Source of the DNA: Dehalococcoidia bacterium
Lineage (GTDB): Bacteria > Chloroflexota > Dehalococcoidia > Lucifugimonadales > UBA3495
Length of the DNA: 40,394 nt
Direction: 5' to 3'
NCBI GenBank assembly: GCA_963693555.1
Contig: CAVOAA010000003.1
Span: forward strand, 1-40,394
A model generated the notes under the pieces. It was not told where the DNA came from, searched no databases, and saw nothing but the letters and a program-made list of their open reading frames with translations. Within the stretch, counting starts at the first letter, position 1, and each line of letters starts with the position of its first letter. Below, one piece after another: positions 1-10,112 of the stretch. The position numbers and the translations under genes are program-made.

Positions 1-3000
1 GGCCAGGCTTCTATACATGGGCCCGCCCAAAGAGCATCCGTTCTGGGGTTCCCAGCTTACCGACCTTCTCCCGGCCGCCCAAGAAGATATCCGGCGCAAC
101 CTGCCGGTCTACAAGTCGGCTTTAGAGACCCTCACAGAGCGGGCCAACAACCTGGCACAGACCATGAGATTGGCTCCTCCCACTGACCTGGCGGAGGTAC
201 GTCAGGTGGTTGCGGCAGCCCGGCGGGCGATCGCAGCCCCCGAGATGGATGGCTTCGACCTGGTGAATGAGCAGTGGGGGATACGCCCGGACGACGTCCG
301 AAGCCTGGTGGATACCGGGTCGGCGATGGCTTCGTTGCAGGCCGAATTTGGATCGTCATTGCGATTGCATGCCTGGGACCAAGACGTTTCCGCCGAGCGA
401 CGGGTACTCGAGACCGAGGGCGTTAAGCCGTGGCGGTTGATCATAGCCGATTACCGCCGCACCAGAGCGCGTCTGGGCGGTCTAACTTCAGGGGGAGTTC
501 CGGGTGCAAAGCGGCTTTTGGCGTTGGTCATCGCGATCGAGGAATACCAGCGCAACGAGTCGGTCTACCGTGAGCATGAGTCACTCGGCCCCGAACTGTT
601 CCGGGCCATCTGGCAAGGCGTTGACTCAAACTGGCAACGGATCACCAGGGTCACCCATTGGCTGTTGGAGTTGAACCAGGAAATAACCGACGGCCTGACG
701 CCGCGGGCTTTGCTGGTCTACCTGTCCCGCGACCCGGACCCGGAACTTCTCATCGAGCTGGTCGAACCGATAGACCAAGCTCTGGTGGAATTCGACAACG
801 CCGCTGGGCAGGTGGCCCGTAGCCTGGACCTGGACGTTCAACGCCGTTTTCAACAGCCTGGAGAATTATCAGACCAGTCGCTGTCACAACAACTCCGGAT
901 GGCCACCGGGTGTCTCGAGAACACTGAGGGCGTTCACGATATCGTCCGCCTGAACGTCCAGGGCACCGACTGCCAGGCCGAAGGACTCCAAGGCGTCCTG
1001 GAAGCCGCATACCAGTGGTCAGAAGGGGAAGATGCGCTGATCGACGCCTACGACCGCGCTTGGTTCCAGGGCCTCTGGGAGCGCGCCCTGACGGAGCGCC
1101 CGGAACTGCGTTCCTTTGACGGGGCAGCCCACGACCAGGTGCGAGAGAGCTTCCAAGAATTGGACCTCAAGATTCTGGCCCACAACCGCGCCCGTTTGGC
1201 CCAGGCCCATTGGGAGCGGCTGCCCAGGAACCAGGGCGGCGGCCAACTGGCGGTGCTGCGACGGCAGTTCGAGATGCGCCGACGTCATCTTCCCATCCGA
1301 CAACTGCTGGAACGGGCCGGTAATCCCATTCAGGCGATCAAGCCGGTCTTCATGATGAGCCCGCTGTCCATCGCCGCCTACCTCAGCCCCGGTGGCATCG
1401 AGTTCGATCTGGTGGTCTTCGACGAGGCCAGCCAGGTGAAGCCGGTGGACGCCTTGGGCGCCGTGATGCGGGGCAGCCAGGTGGTGGTCGTTGGCGACAG
1501 CCAGCAACTCCCACCGACACCTTTCTTTGAGTCCGCTGGCCAGGTCGAGGAGTACAGCGAGGAGGAGACGACCAGCGATATCGAAAGCATCCTGGGGTTG
1601 TTCGCGGCCCAGAATGCGCCCAGCCGGATGCTGCGTTGGCACTACCGCAGCCGACACGACTCGCTGATCGCCGTGTCCAACCAGGAGTTCTACGGCGGGG
1701 GCCTGGTTCTGTTCCCCAGCCCCGACGCCGGAAGAGAGAGCACCGGCCTGTTCTTTCATCATCTGCCCGACACCGTCTACGGCCGGGGGACGACCGGCAC
1801 CAATCCGTTGGAGGCCGAAGCAGTGGCGCAGGCGGTGATGGAACACGCCAGGACCAGTCCTGAACTTTCGCTGGGCGTTGCGGCGTTCAGCATGGCCCAA
1901 ACAAGAGAGGTATTGGACAAGCTGGATGACCTGAGAAAGGACGACCATTCCGGAGAGCGGTTCTTTGCCGCCCATCCAGATGAGCCATTCTTCGTCAAGA
2001 ACTTGGAAACGGTGCAGGGCGATGAACGGGATGTGGTCATGGTCAGCATCGGTTACGGCCGGGCGGCGGACGGCCGGGTGGACCTGAATTTCGGGCCTCT
2101 CAACCGGGAGGGCGGGGAGCGTCGGCTCAACGTTTTGATCACCAGGGCCAGAAGGCGCTGTGAGGTCTTCACCAACATGACTGAAGACGACATCGACCTG
2201 GAGCGCACCAACTCCCAGGGCGTCAGGGCATTGCGCACCTTCTTGGCTTTCGCGCACCGGGGTATCTTGGATGCGGCGCCCGAGGATATCATGTCAGCCG
2301 ACGAGTCAGGCCCGGTCACCCGGTTCCAACAATCAGTGGCGGAGTTCGTTAAAGAGAACGGGTATCTGGTGGCGGAATCTCCAGGTTGGGGCACCGGCAC
2401 GGTAGACCTGGCGGTGTCGGACCCCGAGCACCCGGGACGCTACATATTGGGCATAGAATGCGACGGCCCGTCCTACAACAGCGCCAGATCAGCCCGTGAC
2501 CGCGACCGCCTACGGCCCCAGGTGCTGGAAGGCCTGGGCTGGCGTCTGCATCGGGCGTGGAGTCCGGAATGGGCCAGCAACCCGCAACGGGAACTGGAAC
2601 GGGTCCTGGCAGCCATAGATATCCCTGAACCGGAGCCGGAACCTGAACCCGAACCTGAGATCCCGGAGCTCGAGGTCAATATCGATGTCGAGGAACCCGA
2701 AGTCATTGAACCGGAACCGGTCATCGTCCGTGACGAAGTTCCTGAACCAACAGCAGAACCTCAGGTCGCCAAATACCAGACCGCAAAGCCAGGTATCAAT
2801 GCCGATGACCAAGGACTGGCCGCAGCATCTCCGCTGTCCATGGCGCTGTGGGTGGCTGAGGTCGTCAAGGTAGAGAGTCCGGTGCACGTGTCTGAGGCTG
2901 CGCGCCGGATATTCGCGGAAGCTGGCATCAGACGGCAGGGCAAGGGTGTCCAGGCGGCTCTGGAAGAAGCATTTGACCATGTGGTCGAATCCGGTGGCGT

Positions 3001-3319
3001 CTCCCGGCGCGGCGATTTCCTCTGGAGTACGGATATGACTCAACCACCGGTGCGCAACCGGCAGGGCCTGTCTCCTTCAACCCGCAAGCTGGAGATGGTG
3101 TCGGACGAAGAACTGGCCGAGGCGGTTTGCGTAGTGGTGGGCCAGTCCTACGGCATCGCCAGGGAGCAGACAACGGCCCCGGCAGCCAAGCTCCTGGGCT
3201 ACGGACGGACCACCGAAGTCATCTGGGAGCGGTTCGATAAAGTGATTAGCGGTCTGCTGTCAGAGGGCCGCTTGGAAGATGACGGCGGTCATCTGGTGTT
3301 GGCCAGCCCTTCCGAGTAA
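1..3319 (+). CDS. 5'-truncated SF1 (UPF1-like AAA_11/AAA_12) helicase fused to a Vsr-like/very-short-patch nuclease and a DUF3320-like C-terminus; DUF4011-helicase (Hhe-like) family
   Basis: The frame is open from base 2, so the start lies upstream of the window. Helicase motifs: KPVFMMSPLS, FDLVVFDEASQ, VVVGDSQQLPP, LRWHYRSR, VQGDERD, RRLNVLITRAR. Nuclease-like segment LGIECDG...ARDRDRLR..LEGLGWRLHRAWS. C-terminal VESPVH segment. Confidence 0.85.
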   Translation, partial: ARLLYMGPPKEHPFWGSQLTDLLPAAQEDIRRNLPVYKSALETLTERANNLAQTMRLAPPTDLAEVRQVVAAARRAIAAPEMDGFDLVNEQWGIRPDDVRSLVDTGSAMASLQAEFGSSLRLHAWDQDVSAERRVLETEGVKPWRLIIADYRRTRARLGGLTSGGVPGAKRLLALVIAIEEYQRNESVYREHESLGPELFRAIWQGVDSNWQRITRVTHWLLELNQEITDGLTPRALLVYLSRDPDPELLIELVEPIDQALVEFDNAAGQVARSLDLDVQRRFQQPGELSDQSLSQQLRMATGCLENTEGVHDIVRLNVQGTDCQAEGLQGVLEAAYQWSEGEDALIDAYDRAWFQGLWERALTERPELRSFDGAAHDQVRESFQELDLKILAHNRARLAQAHWERLPRNQGGGQLAVLRRQFEMRRRHLPIRQLLERAGNPIQAIKPVFMMSPLSIAAYLSPGGIEFDLVVFDEASQVKPVDALGAVMRGSQVVVVGDSQQLPPTPFFESAGQVEEYSEEETTSDIESILGLFAAQNAPSRMLRWHYRSRHDSLIAVSNQEFYGGGLVLFPSPDAGRESTGLFFHHLPDTVYGRGTTGTNPLEAEAVAQAVMEHARTSPELSLGVAAFSMAQTREVLDKLDDLRKDDHSGERFFAAHPDEPFFVKNLETVQGDERDVVMVSIGYGRAADGRVDLNFGPLNREGGERRLNVLITRARRRCEVFTNMTEDDIDLERTNSQGVRALRTFLAFAHRGILDAAPEDIMSADESGPVTRFQQSVAEFVKENGYLVAESPGWGTGTVDLAVSDPEHPGRYILGIECDGPSYNSARSARDRDRLRPQVLEGLGWRLHRAWSPEWASNPQRELERVLAAIDIPEPEPEPEPEPEIPELEVNIDVEEPEVIEPEPVIVRDEVPEPTAEPQVAKYQTAKPGINADDQGLAAASPLSMALWVAEVVKVESPVHVSEAARRIFAEAGIRRQGKGVQAALEEAFDHVVESGGVSRRGDFLWSTDMTQPPVRNRQGLSPSTRKLEMVSDEELAEAVCVVVGQSYGIAREQTTAPAAKLLGYGRTTEVIWERFDKVISGLLSEGRLEDDGGHLVLASPSE
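2624..2659 (+). repeat. (Pro-Glu)6 low-complexity linker within the helicase ORF
   Basis: cct gaa ccg gag ccg gaa cct gaa ccc gaa cct gag; lies between the nuclease and C-terminal domains. Confidence 0.9.
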
Positions 3320-3346
3320 CCCGTCTGCGTCCTAGGCGCCCCAGCG

Positions 3347-3955
3347 TCACTGTGGGAGCGGCGAATCTCCGGCGCTGCCCATATTCTTTGCCGCGCCGGG
3401 ATTCAGTATGCGAGTGGTAAAGAAATGGCTCAGGCCCACCGCGATCGGGATCGCCACGGCATAGACCGCCAAGACAGGCGAGTAACCCACCGGCCAGGCC
3501 AATACGGGAATGGCGACCAGGAACACCGCCAAGGGATAGATGGCCTTGTGGGTGAAGTAGAGCAGCACCAAACATCCGGCCCCTATGGGCAGCCCGATTA
3601 TCGGCACCGAGGCAATCAGGACTCCCACTGCGGTTGCCGCGCCACGCCCGCCCCTAAACTTCAGATGAGCTGGAAAGTTATGCCCGGCCAGCGCTGCTGC
3701 ACCGGCCATCATCTCCATACCCGTGTCATCAACCAGCAGCTTAGCCAGCACTATTACCAGAGCGCCTTTGACGATATCGATCGCCCCTACGGCGACACCG
3801 GCCTTGGCGCCTACGTTACGAAAGACGTTGGCCGCACCACTGTTGAAATCACCTATCTGCCGGATATCCTGGCCCAGGATATAGCGGGTGAATAGATAAG
3901 CAGTCGGCAGGCTGCCGATGGCATAGCAGAGTATCCCCAGACCAACCCAGATCAA
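3347..3955 (-). CDS. plsY: Glycerol-3-phosphate acyltransferase PlsY
   Basis: Motifs YAIGSLP, DIRQIGDFNSGAANVFR, DIVKG, GHNFP..F.GGRGAAT; hydrophobic; TTG start preceded by AGGAG. Confidence 0.85.
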   Translation of the reverse strand: MIWVGLGILCYAIGSLPTAYLFTRYILGQDIRQIGDFNSGAANVFRNVGAKAGVAVGAIDIVKGALVIVLAKLLVDDTGMEMMAGAAALAGHNFPAHLKFRGGRGAATAVGVLIASVPIIGLPIGAGCLVLLYFTHKAIYPLAVFLVAIPVLAWPVGYSPVLAVYAVAIPIAVGLSHFFTTRILNPGAAKNMGSAGDSPLPQ

Positions 3956-4009
3956 ATCACGTTACTCCTACTGGTAAAAATACGGGCTGCAAAAATACGG
4001 GGCAAACAA

Positions 4010-4039
4010 AACGGACGCCCGTTGATTGGGGCGTCCGTT
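4010..4039 (-). terminator. Intrinsic terminator after ilvE
   Basis: AACGGACGCCC/GGGCGTCCGTT 11-bp stem followed by TTTTGTTT on the minus strand. Confidence 0.75.
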
Positions 4040-4072
4040 GGTTCTGCTGGTCAAGTGCACCGGCCGCGAAGA

Positions 4073-5041
4073 CTAGGCCGGCACCATCTGGGGTGTGACC
4101 GCCGTGCACCAGTGAAGGTACTTGGGGTTCCGCCCCACCACGATATCGAAATACAGCTTCTGAAGCTGCATCGAAACTGGTCCGGGTTCTCCGGTGCCGA
4201 TGTCGCGGCAGTCCAAAGACACCACCGGGGTCAGGTGAGCGGCCGTTCCGCTGAGGAAAACCTCGTCGCTGAGGTAGAGTTCGCTCCGGTCGATGCTGCG
4301 CTCAACCACCTCGATACCCAGCTCGGCCTGGGCCAGTTGGATAATGGTCGCTCTGGTGATGCCGGGCAGGACGTTGTCTTCAATCCTGGGCGTATGCAGT
4401 TTCCCGCCGGCCACCATGAAGACGTTCTCGCCGGAGCCCTCGGAGACATGGCCGTCCTGGTTCAGGATGATGGCCTCGTCGAAACCGGCCAGAGTGGCTT
4501 CGGTCTTGGCCAGCATGCTATTTACGTAGATGCCCGCGCTCTTGATCTGGGTCGGGATCATGTTGTCGTCCACCCGTCGCCAGGATGATGTGCAGCAACG
4601 CAGGATATCTGTCCCCAGGTAATTGCCAAACGGCACAGTGATCAACGTGAAATCACTTTCCAGTTCCTGAAGCTTCAGGTTCGCAACAACTTCGGCGCTC
4701 TTGTAGGCAAGGGGCCGAATATAGATGTCCGATTGGTGCGAATTCTGCTCGATCAAGTCCACGGTGATATCACAGAGTTGGTCGGCGGTGTATGGGATAT
4801 CCAGCAATAGGATCTTGCAACCCCGAATCAACCTCTCGTAATGCTCGCGCATACGGAAGACGAAGATCTTGCCTTCTTCCTCGTTCCAGTTACCGCGGAT
4901 GCCCTCGAATACGGCGGTGCCGTAGTGCAGCGCATGGGTTGTTACACTCACCTTAGCCTCATCCATCGGTACCACAGCGCCCTTGAAAAAGGCGTGTAGT
5001 TTTTGATTGCCGTTGACGGACGTTGCTTTGTTAGTGCCCAC
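4073..5041 (-). CDS. ilvE: Branched-chain amino acid aminotransferase (PLP fold IV)
   Basis: HALHYGTAVFEGIR, YIRP, K..GIYVNS, GFDEAI, EGSGEN, LPGITR, DEVFLSGTAA. Confidence 0.92.
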   Translation of the reverse strand: MGTNKATSVNGNQKLHAFFKGAVVPMDEAKVSVTTHALHYGTAVFEGIRGNWNEEEGKIFVFRMREHYERLIRGCKILLLDIPYTADQLCDITVDLIEQNSHQSDIYIRPLAYKSAEVVANLKLQELESDFTLITVPFGNYLGTDILRCCTSSWRRVDDNMIPTQIKSAGIYVNSMLAKTEATLAGFDEAIILNQDGHVSEGSGENVFMVAGGKLHTPRIEDNVLPGITRATIIQLAQAELGIEVVERSIDRSELYLSDEVFLSGTAAHLTPVVSLDCRDIGTGEPGPVSMQLQKLYFDIVVGRNPKYLHWCTAVTPQMVPA

Positions 5042-5172
5042 GGTATTACCCCTTTTAATAAGAATGTGCGCTCGATTATAATCTGACAGCCTTGGCTAGT
5101 ACAACCTGGGCACACGACCAGACCCGTTGCTCATCAGATTCAAAGACACTTAAAGACATACGGGGGCAGGGA

Positions 5173-5565
5173 ATGCCGGAGCTAACCGCCCGGAACATGG
5201 CTTTCACGGTGTTGATCATAGCCACCATCGCCGCAGTATTGGCCGCCACGGTCCTACTGGCAAGACAGAATGACAACGCCGTGATCCAGATCATCCCCCC
5301 GCTGGACGCCCCTGCTCTGGCAACCGCCTCAAGCTCATCTGCCGGTCAGACCTCGACCGGGACCCTGATAGACCTTAACTCGGCTCCAGCCGGGCTATTG
5401 GACACCCTGCCCGGAATCGGGCCGGTACTGGCCCAAGCCATCGTCGACTACCGGGAGAACGTCCGCTTGTTCCAGTCTGTAGAGGAGGTCCAAGAAGTCG
5501 CAAAAATCGGACCGGTCACCTACGAAAACATCCGTGAACTAGTTACCGTGTCCGGGGAAAAGTGA
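5173..5565 (+). CDS. comEA: ComEA family DNA-binding protein (N-terminal TM plus helix-hairpin-helix)
   Basis: IDLNSA...LDTLPGIGPVLAQAIVDYRE...F.SVEE...V.KIG HhH pair; N-terminal hydrophobic anchor; directly upstream of comEC. ATG 5173 is preferred over the TTG at 5092. Confidence 0.85.
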   Translation: MPELTARNMAFTVLIIATIAAVLAATVLLARQNDNAVIQIIPPLDAPALATASSSSAGQTSTGTLIDLNSAPAGLLDTLPGIGPVLAQAIVDYRENVRLFQSVEEVQEVAKIGPVTYENIRELVTVSGEK

Positions 5566-5605
5566 TCTTGGTCCGGGCGTCGCTTTCAACGGCAGCTTTA
5601 CTCCC

Positions 5606-8033
5606 ATGAGATTGGCTTTCATGGTCGTCGCCTGGTTTCTAGGAGTCCTGATTGGCCTAGAAACCGATGCGCCGTTGGCTGCGTTGTTATTTCTCTCGGG
5701 AGCAGCGGTCACATCGGGGCTGGCGATGCGCCTGCGTCGGCTGCCGGTGTTCCCTGCGGTGCTGGTTTTGTTCTTGCTCCTGGGGTGATTCCGTTGTCAG
5801 CCCACCTTCGCCCTTTGAGTCCCTGCCACTAGCCGGTCAGACCGGGGCCGAGGTCACGCTTGAGGGTCAGATCAGCGGCTACCCTGAGTTCTCCGGCAGC
5901 CGTATCCGGTTTCAACTCGACCTGAAAGAGGTCATCGCCGACTCCGGCGCGATTTCCTTAGAGGGCCGAATCCTGGTCTACGCAAGGCCGTCTACCGACC
6001 TGGTGAGCCGCCGTTCACCGCCCTACTTCGATCACGGCGACCGAGTCACTGTCACCGGCAAACTGAGCCGTCCCGAGCCGTTTGGCGGGTTCGACTATCC
6101 AGCATACCTGGCAGGCCAAGGGATCACCGGAATCATGAACGCCGGATCCACTATCGTGACCGGAACAGCCAGTGGGTGGCGGGAGTGGCCCTACTCGCTG
6201 CGAAGCCGCCTATCGGAGAGCATCCAAGACACGGTCCCTTACCCGCAATCGGCCCTGGGGCAAGCGTTGCTTCTCGGATTAAAGAGCGACCTGCCGCCGG
6301 AGATGGTGCAGGACTTCCGGAGCACTGGAACCTCCCACCTGCTGGCCATATCCGGTCTGCACGTGGGCGTTTTGGTGGTGATGTTCCTGGCCGGGGCGTC
6401 GTGGTTATTGGGACGACGCGGTTGGTACTTCTTGGCCGTCCCGCTGATCGCAGTCTGGGCCTATGCCCTGGTCACTGGACTCCCGCCATCGGTTGTGCGG
6501 GCGGCGGTGATGGGCAGCGTGTATCTGGTTGCGATGGGGCTTGGCAGACCCGGAAGCATCCTGCCGGCATTGGCGTTTAGTGCGGGAGTCATGACCGCGG
6601 TATCTCCGGAGATAATCCAGAGAGTGTCTTTTCAGCTCAGCTTCGCCGCCATGGCCGGAATAGCGTTCACCCAGCCGTTCATTCCCCGGTGGGCGCCTGC
6701 AACAACAGGGCCGGGCCATGCCTGGTGGGAGCCTTGGGCTTACTCGTTGGTCCGCGCGCCCTTGATCGCACTGATAATCTCCTGGTCCGCCATGCTGGCT
6801 ACCTGGCCGCTATTGGCCTTTAACTTTAGGGAGGTGGCGCTGCCCGGCATCATCGTCACGGTCCTGGCGCTTCCAGCCATGCCATTCATCATGGCGGGAA
6901 CTCTGCTGGCGGCGGTGGTGGGTCTCGCCAGTACAACTCTTGGGCAGATCGTCGGCTGGCTGGTGTGGGTGCCGTCCAGTTATCTGATAGGGCTGGTTGA
7001 GCTAGCTCCGAAGTGGACGGTGCAGACCGACTGGGCCAACAACTGGTTGGTGGTGGCCTGGTACTCGGCTCTGGGCGCGCTTTTGCTACTGCTCAAGCCG
7101 GGTCGGTTGGGACGGGCGTGGTCGCGAGTCAAAGAGGGGATAAGAGCGCTGGCAGGCATACGGATGGAGCCGGTCAAGACTGTTCCGGTCGTGCTGGGCG
7201 CAGTGATGATGGCGGCGGCCGCCATTACGCTCTGGTGGCAGGTCGGGTCCGCAGGCAACGGCGACCTACACGTCTATTTCTTTAACGTGGGACAGGGCGA
7301 CAGTGCGCTGATCGTAACTCCGGGCGGGCGGCAGGTATTGGTAGACGGCGGCCCCAAGTCGGACAGCGCCATTCGGGCCCTTGACGGCGCAATGCCCAAC
7401 GGCGACCGCAGCCTCGACCTGGTGGTGGTGACCCATCTGGACTCGGACCATAGCCGGGGCCTGTTGGACGTCTTGGACAGCTACCAGGTGGGCGCGGTAC
7501 TCTCGGGGGCCAGTTCCACTGAATCCGCGATGTTTGCCCAGTGGCAGGCCAGCGTAGCACGGAACCGCGTTGATGTGATCTCCGTGCATCAGGGATACCG
7601 GCTGGACCTTGGCTCCGGGGTGATGGCGGAGGTGCTGAACCCAGTGTCCGCAACGTCCGGTCAGACGGCCAACAACGGTGCGTTGGTGCTGCGGGTGACC
7701 TACGGTGACATCAGTTTCTTACTGACGGCTGACGTCGAAGCCGCGACGGAGTCATTATTGGCGGCCAGCCAGGCGGGGATTCAGAGCACTGTTTTGAAAG
7801 TGGCCCATCACGGCAGCAAAACATCTTCTACCGCCGGTTTTCTGGACGCAGTGGACCCGGCGGTGGCGTTGATATCCGTGGGTGGAATCAACTCGTTCGG
7901 ACATCCCAGCCCCGAGGTGGTCGGGAGGTTGTTGCTACAGACAGTGCGCGAGAACCTGTACCGGACCGACGAGGACGGCGAGGTCGAGTTCATCACTGAC
8001 GGCCGAGATCTATGGGTTAACACGGAGCGGTGA
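5606..8033 (+). pseudogene. comEC: ComEC/Rec2 competence protein, split by a frameshift near 5782-5790
   Basis: The 60-aa hydrophobic N-terminus (5606-5788) stops at TGA. The remainder is in the +1 frame with HLLAISGLH, SFQLSF, NVGQGDS, THLDSDH, LKVAHHGS, FGHP and YRTDEDG motifs. Confidence 0.8.
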
Positions 8034-8137
8034 TCTCTCGCAACAGGCGTAATGTATACTGGTTTTTGATGCCTGGGCTGACTCTAATACGCCCTTGCGC
8101 GCATCTGAATCAATAACCAAGACTAAGGAAAAAACAA

Positions 8138-8872
8138 TTGGCTGATTATTCCAGACCGGACGGACGAGCTTGGGACGAAAACCGCCCTACGATCATCACA
8201 CCCGGTTATCAGAAATACGCCGAGGGTTCGGCATTGATCGAGATGGGCACCACCAAGGTGTTGTGCGCCGCCTCACTTGAAGAAAAGGTGCCCGGTTTCA
8301 TGCGAGGCCAGGGCAAAGGCTGGGTCACCGCCGAATACTCCATGTTGCCCCGTGCGACCAACACCCGGTCGACCCGGGAGCGGGATTCAGGCAAGCCCAG
8401 CGGACGCTCTCAGGAGATTCAACGCCTGATTGGCCGCTCCTTAAGGGCGGTGACCGACCTGGATGCCCTGGGCGAGCGCACGGTCCAGATAGACTGCGAC
8501 GTGATCCAGGCCGACGGAGGCACCCGGACCGCCGCCATCACCGGGGCCTACGTTGCATTGCATCAGGCTTTGCAGATGCTGGTTAAGAATGGGATTTTGG
8601 CCGAGCTTCCGCTGCTCTGTCCGGTGGCAGCGGTCAGTGTTGGCATACTGAATGGTCAACTCCTGCTCGACCTCTGCTACGAAGAAGACTTTGCCGCCGA
8701 TGTTGATTTCAATGTGGTACTAACGTCCGAAGGCGGCCTGGTGGAGATTCAGGGCGCAACGGAAGCCCAACCATTTCCCCGCCAACAGGTGGAAGAGGTC
8801 TTATCATTGGCATCCCGGGGTATGGAGTCCCTCTTCAGGATCCAACGTGAGGCTGCAAAGGGGTTCGCGTAA
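8138..8872 (+). CDS. rph: Ribonuclease PH
   Basis: [64 protein letters not shown]; TTG start after TAAGGA. Confidence 0.95.
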   Translation: MADYSRPDGRAWDENRPTIITPGYQKYAEGSALIEMGTTKVLCAASLEEKVPGFMRGQGKGWVTAEYSMLPRATNTRSTRERDSGKPSGRSQEIQRLIGRSLRAVTDLDALGERTVQIDCDVIQADGGTRTAAITGAYVALHQALQMLVKNGILAELPLLCPVAAVSVGILNGQLLLDLCYEEDFAADVDFNVVLTSEGGLVEIQGATEAQPFPRQQVEEVLSLASRGMESLFRIQREAAKGFA

Positions 8873-8874
8873 CC

Positions 8875-10032
8875 ATGACCTTCTTATTCGGCCGGTCGAT
8901 GGCCCGTCCGTCCAAGTCGGGTCTCAGGGTCTTTCTGGCCGTGACGATGCTGGCGCTGCTGGCTGCTGTTGCCTGCTCCAGTGACCCGACGGCCACTGGG
9001 GAGTCCATACCTACTCCGCAGCCAACGATCGAGAACGAGGGCAGCGCTCCGAGCATGCTGCAACTACCCAACATTGCCGACACGGTGGAAGATGTGCGCC
9101 CGGCTGTGGTGTCCATCGTCGCCAGAATCATCACCCAGGACCGGTTCGGCCGCCAGTCGACTGGTTTTGGCAGCGGCACCGGGGTCATCTTTGATGAATC
9201 GGGCCTGGTGCTCACCAACAACCATGTGATCGAAGGTGGAGTGGAGATCACTGTAACCAAGGACGACGGGACTCAGGTCGTTGCCGAAATCGTCGGCGCG
9301 GACCGGCTCTCGGACCTGGCCGTACTGCGGCTACCGGGTGACGGGTACCCATCATTGCCATTGCGAGAGAGCGGAAATCTCCGGGCAGGAGATTGGGTGA
9401 TCGCCATCGGCAATGCCCTGGCGCTGCCTGGTGGGCCCACGGTAACGGTCGGCGTTGTGTCGGCGCTGGGACGTTCCATCGAGGCATCACCCGGAATCAC
9501 CCTGTATGACCTGATCCAGACCGACACCTCCATCAACCCCGGCAACAGCGGTGGCCCTCTGATCGACCTGAACGGAAGCTTGGTTGGGATAAACACAGCG
9601 GTGCTCCGGGGTTCCAGCCAGGGCGGTGGGGTCTCTGTGGAGGGAATCGGATTCGCCATCGACATCGAGACCGCGAAACAGGTGGCGGACCAACTCGTGG
9701 AACTCGGGCACGTCCGCTGGGCCTGGATGGGCGTCTTCCTGGCCGACCTGATACCCGAAGTAGCGGCACAGGTTGGACTGCCGATCCGCGAAGGTGTGAT
9801 TATCCAGAACACGGTGGTCGATGGGCCATCGGACCGCGCCGGAATGGAACCTGGCGACATTGTGGTGAACATCGGTGGCCACGACATCGCTACAATCTCC
9901 GATTTGACCCGTCTGCTGAAACAGGAATTCAGCGCCGGCCAAGAGTTGGAGGTTGAGATATTCCGGATCGTTGACGGCGAAGGGTTCCGGAGGAAGCTCA
10001 CTCTGGAATTGGGCGAGCGTCCGCAACAGTGA
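8875..10032 (+). CDS. HtrA/DegP-family trypsin-like serine protease with PDZ domain, predicted lipoprotein
   Basis: Lipobox-like LAAVAC; triad motifs LTNNHV, DLAVL, INPGNSGGPL; C-terminal PDZ (GPSDRAGMEPGDIV). Confidence 0.92.
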   Translation: MTFLFGRSMARPSKSGLRVFLAVTMLALLAAVACSSDPTATGESIPTPQPTIENEGSAPSMLQLPNIADTVEDVRPAVVSIVARIITQDRFGRQSTGFGSGTGVIFDESGLVLTNNHVIEGGVEITVTKDDGTQVVAEIVGADRLSDLAVLRLPGDGYPSLPLRESGNLRAGDWVIAIGNALALPGGPTVTVGVVSALGRSIEASPGITLYDLIQTDTSINPGNSGGPLIDLNGSLVGINTAVLRGSSQGGGVSVEGIGFAIDIETAKQVADQLVELGHVRWAWMGVFLADLIPEVAAQVGLPIREGVIIQNTVVDGPSDRAGMEPGDIVVNIGGHDIATISDLTRLLKQEFSAGQELEVEIFRIVDGEGFRRKLTLELGERPQQ

Positions 10033-10053
10033 TCCCCAAGTCTTATTAGATAA

Positions 10054-10097
10054 CAAACAAAAAGAGTCCCGATGTGAATCGGGACTCTTTTTGTTTG
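10054..10097. terminator. Bidirectional intrinsic terminator between the convergent htrA and M16 peptidase genes
   Basis: Perfect 20-bp inverted repeat CAAACAAAAAGAGTCCCGAT-gtga-ATCGGGACTCTTTTTGTTTG. Confidence 0.9.
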
Positions 10098-10112
10098 CAT
10101 CAGCGATAGAGA

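Noticed and set aside
1019-2257. Long antisense ORFs (also 9273-10100, 11535-12821, 30042-31028, 37634-38524, 39644-40321)
   Set aside because: Shadow ORFs opposite well-supported genes in GC-rich DNA; no recognisable motifs.
5786-5788. Selenocysteine or stop readthrough in comEC
   Set aside because: The downstream coding region is in a different frame, and the same frame stops again within a few codons.
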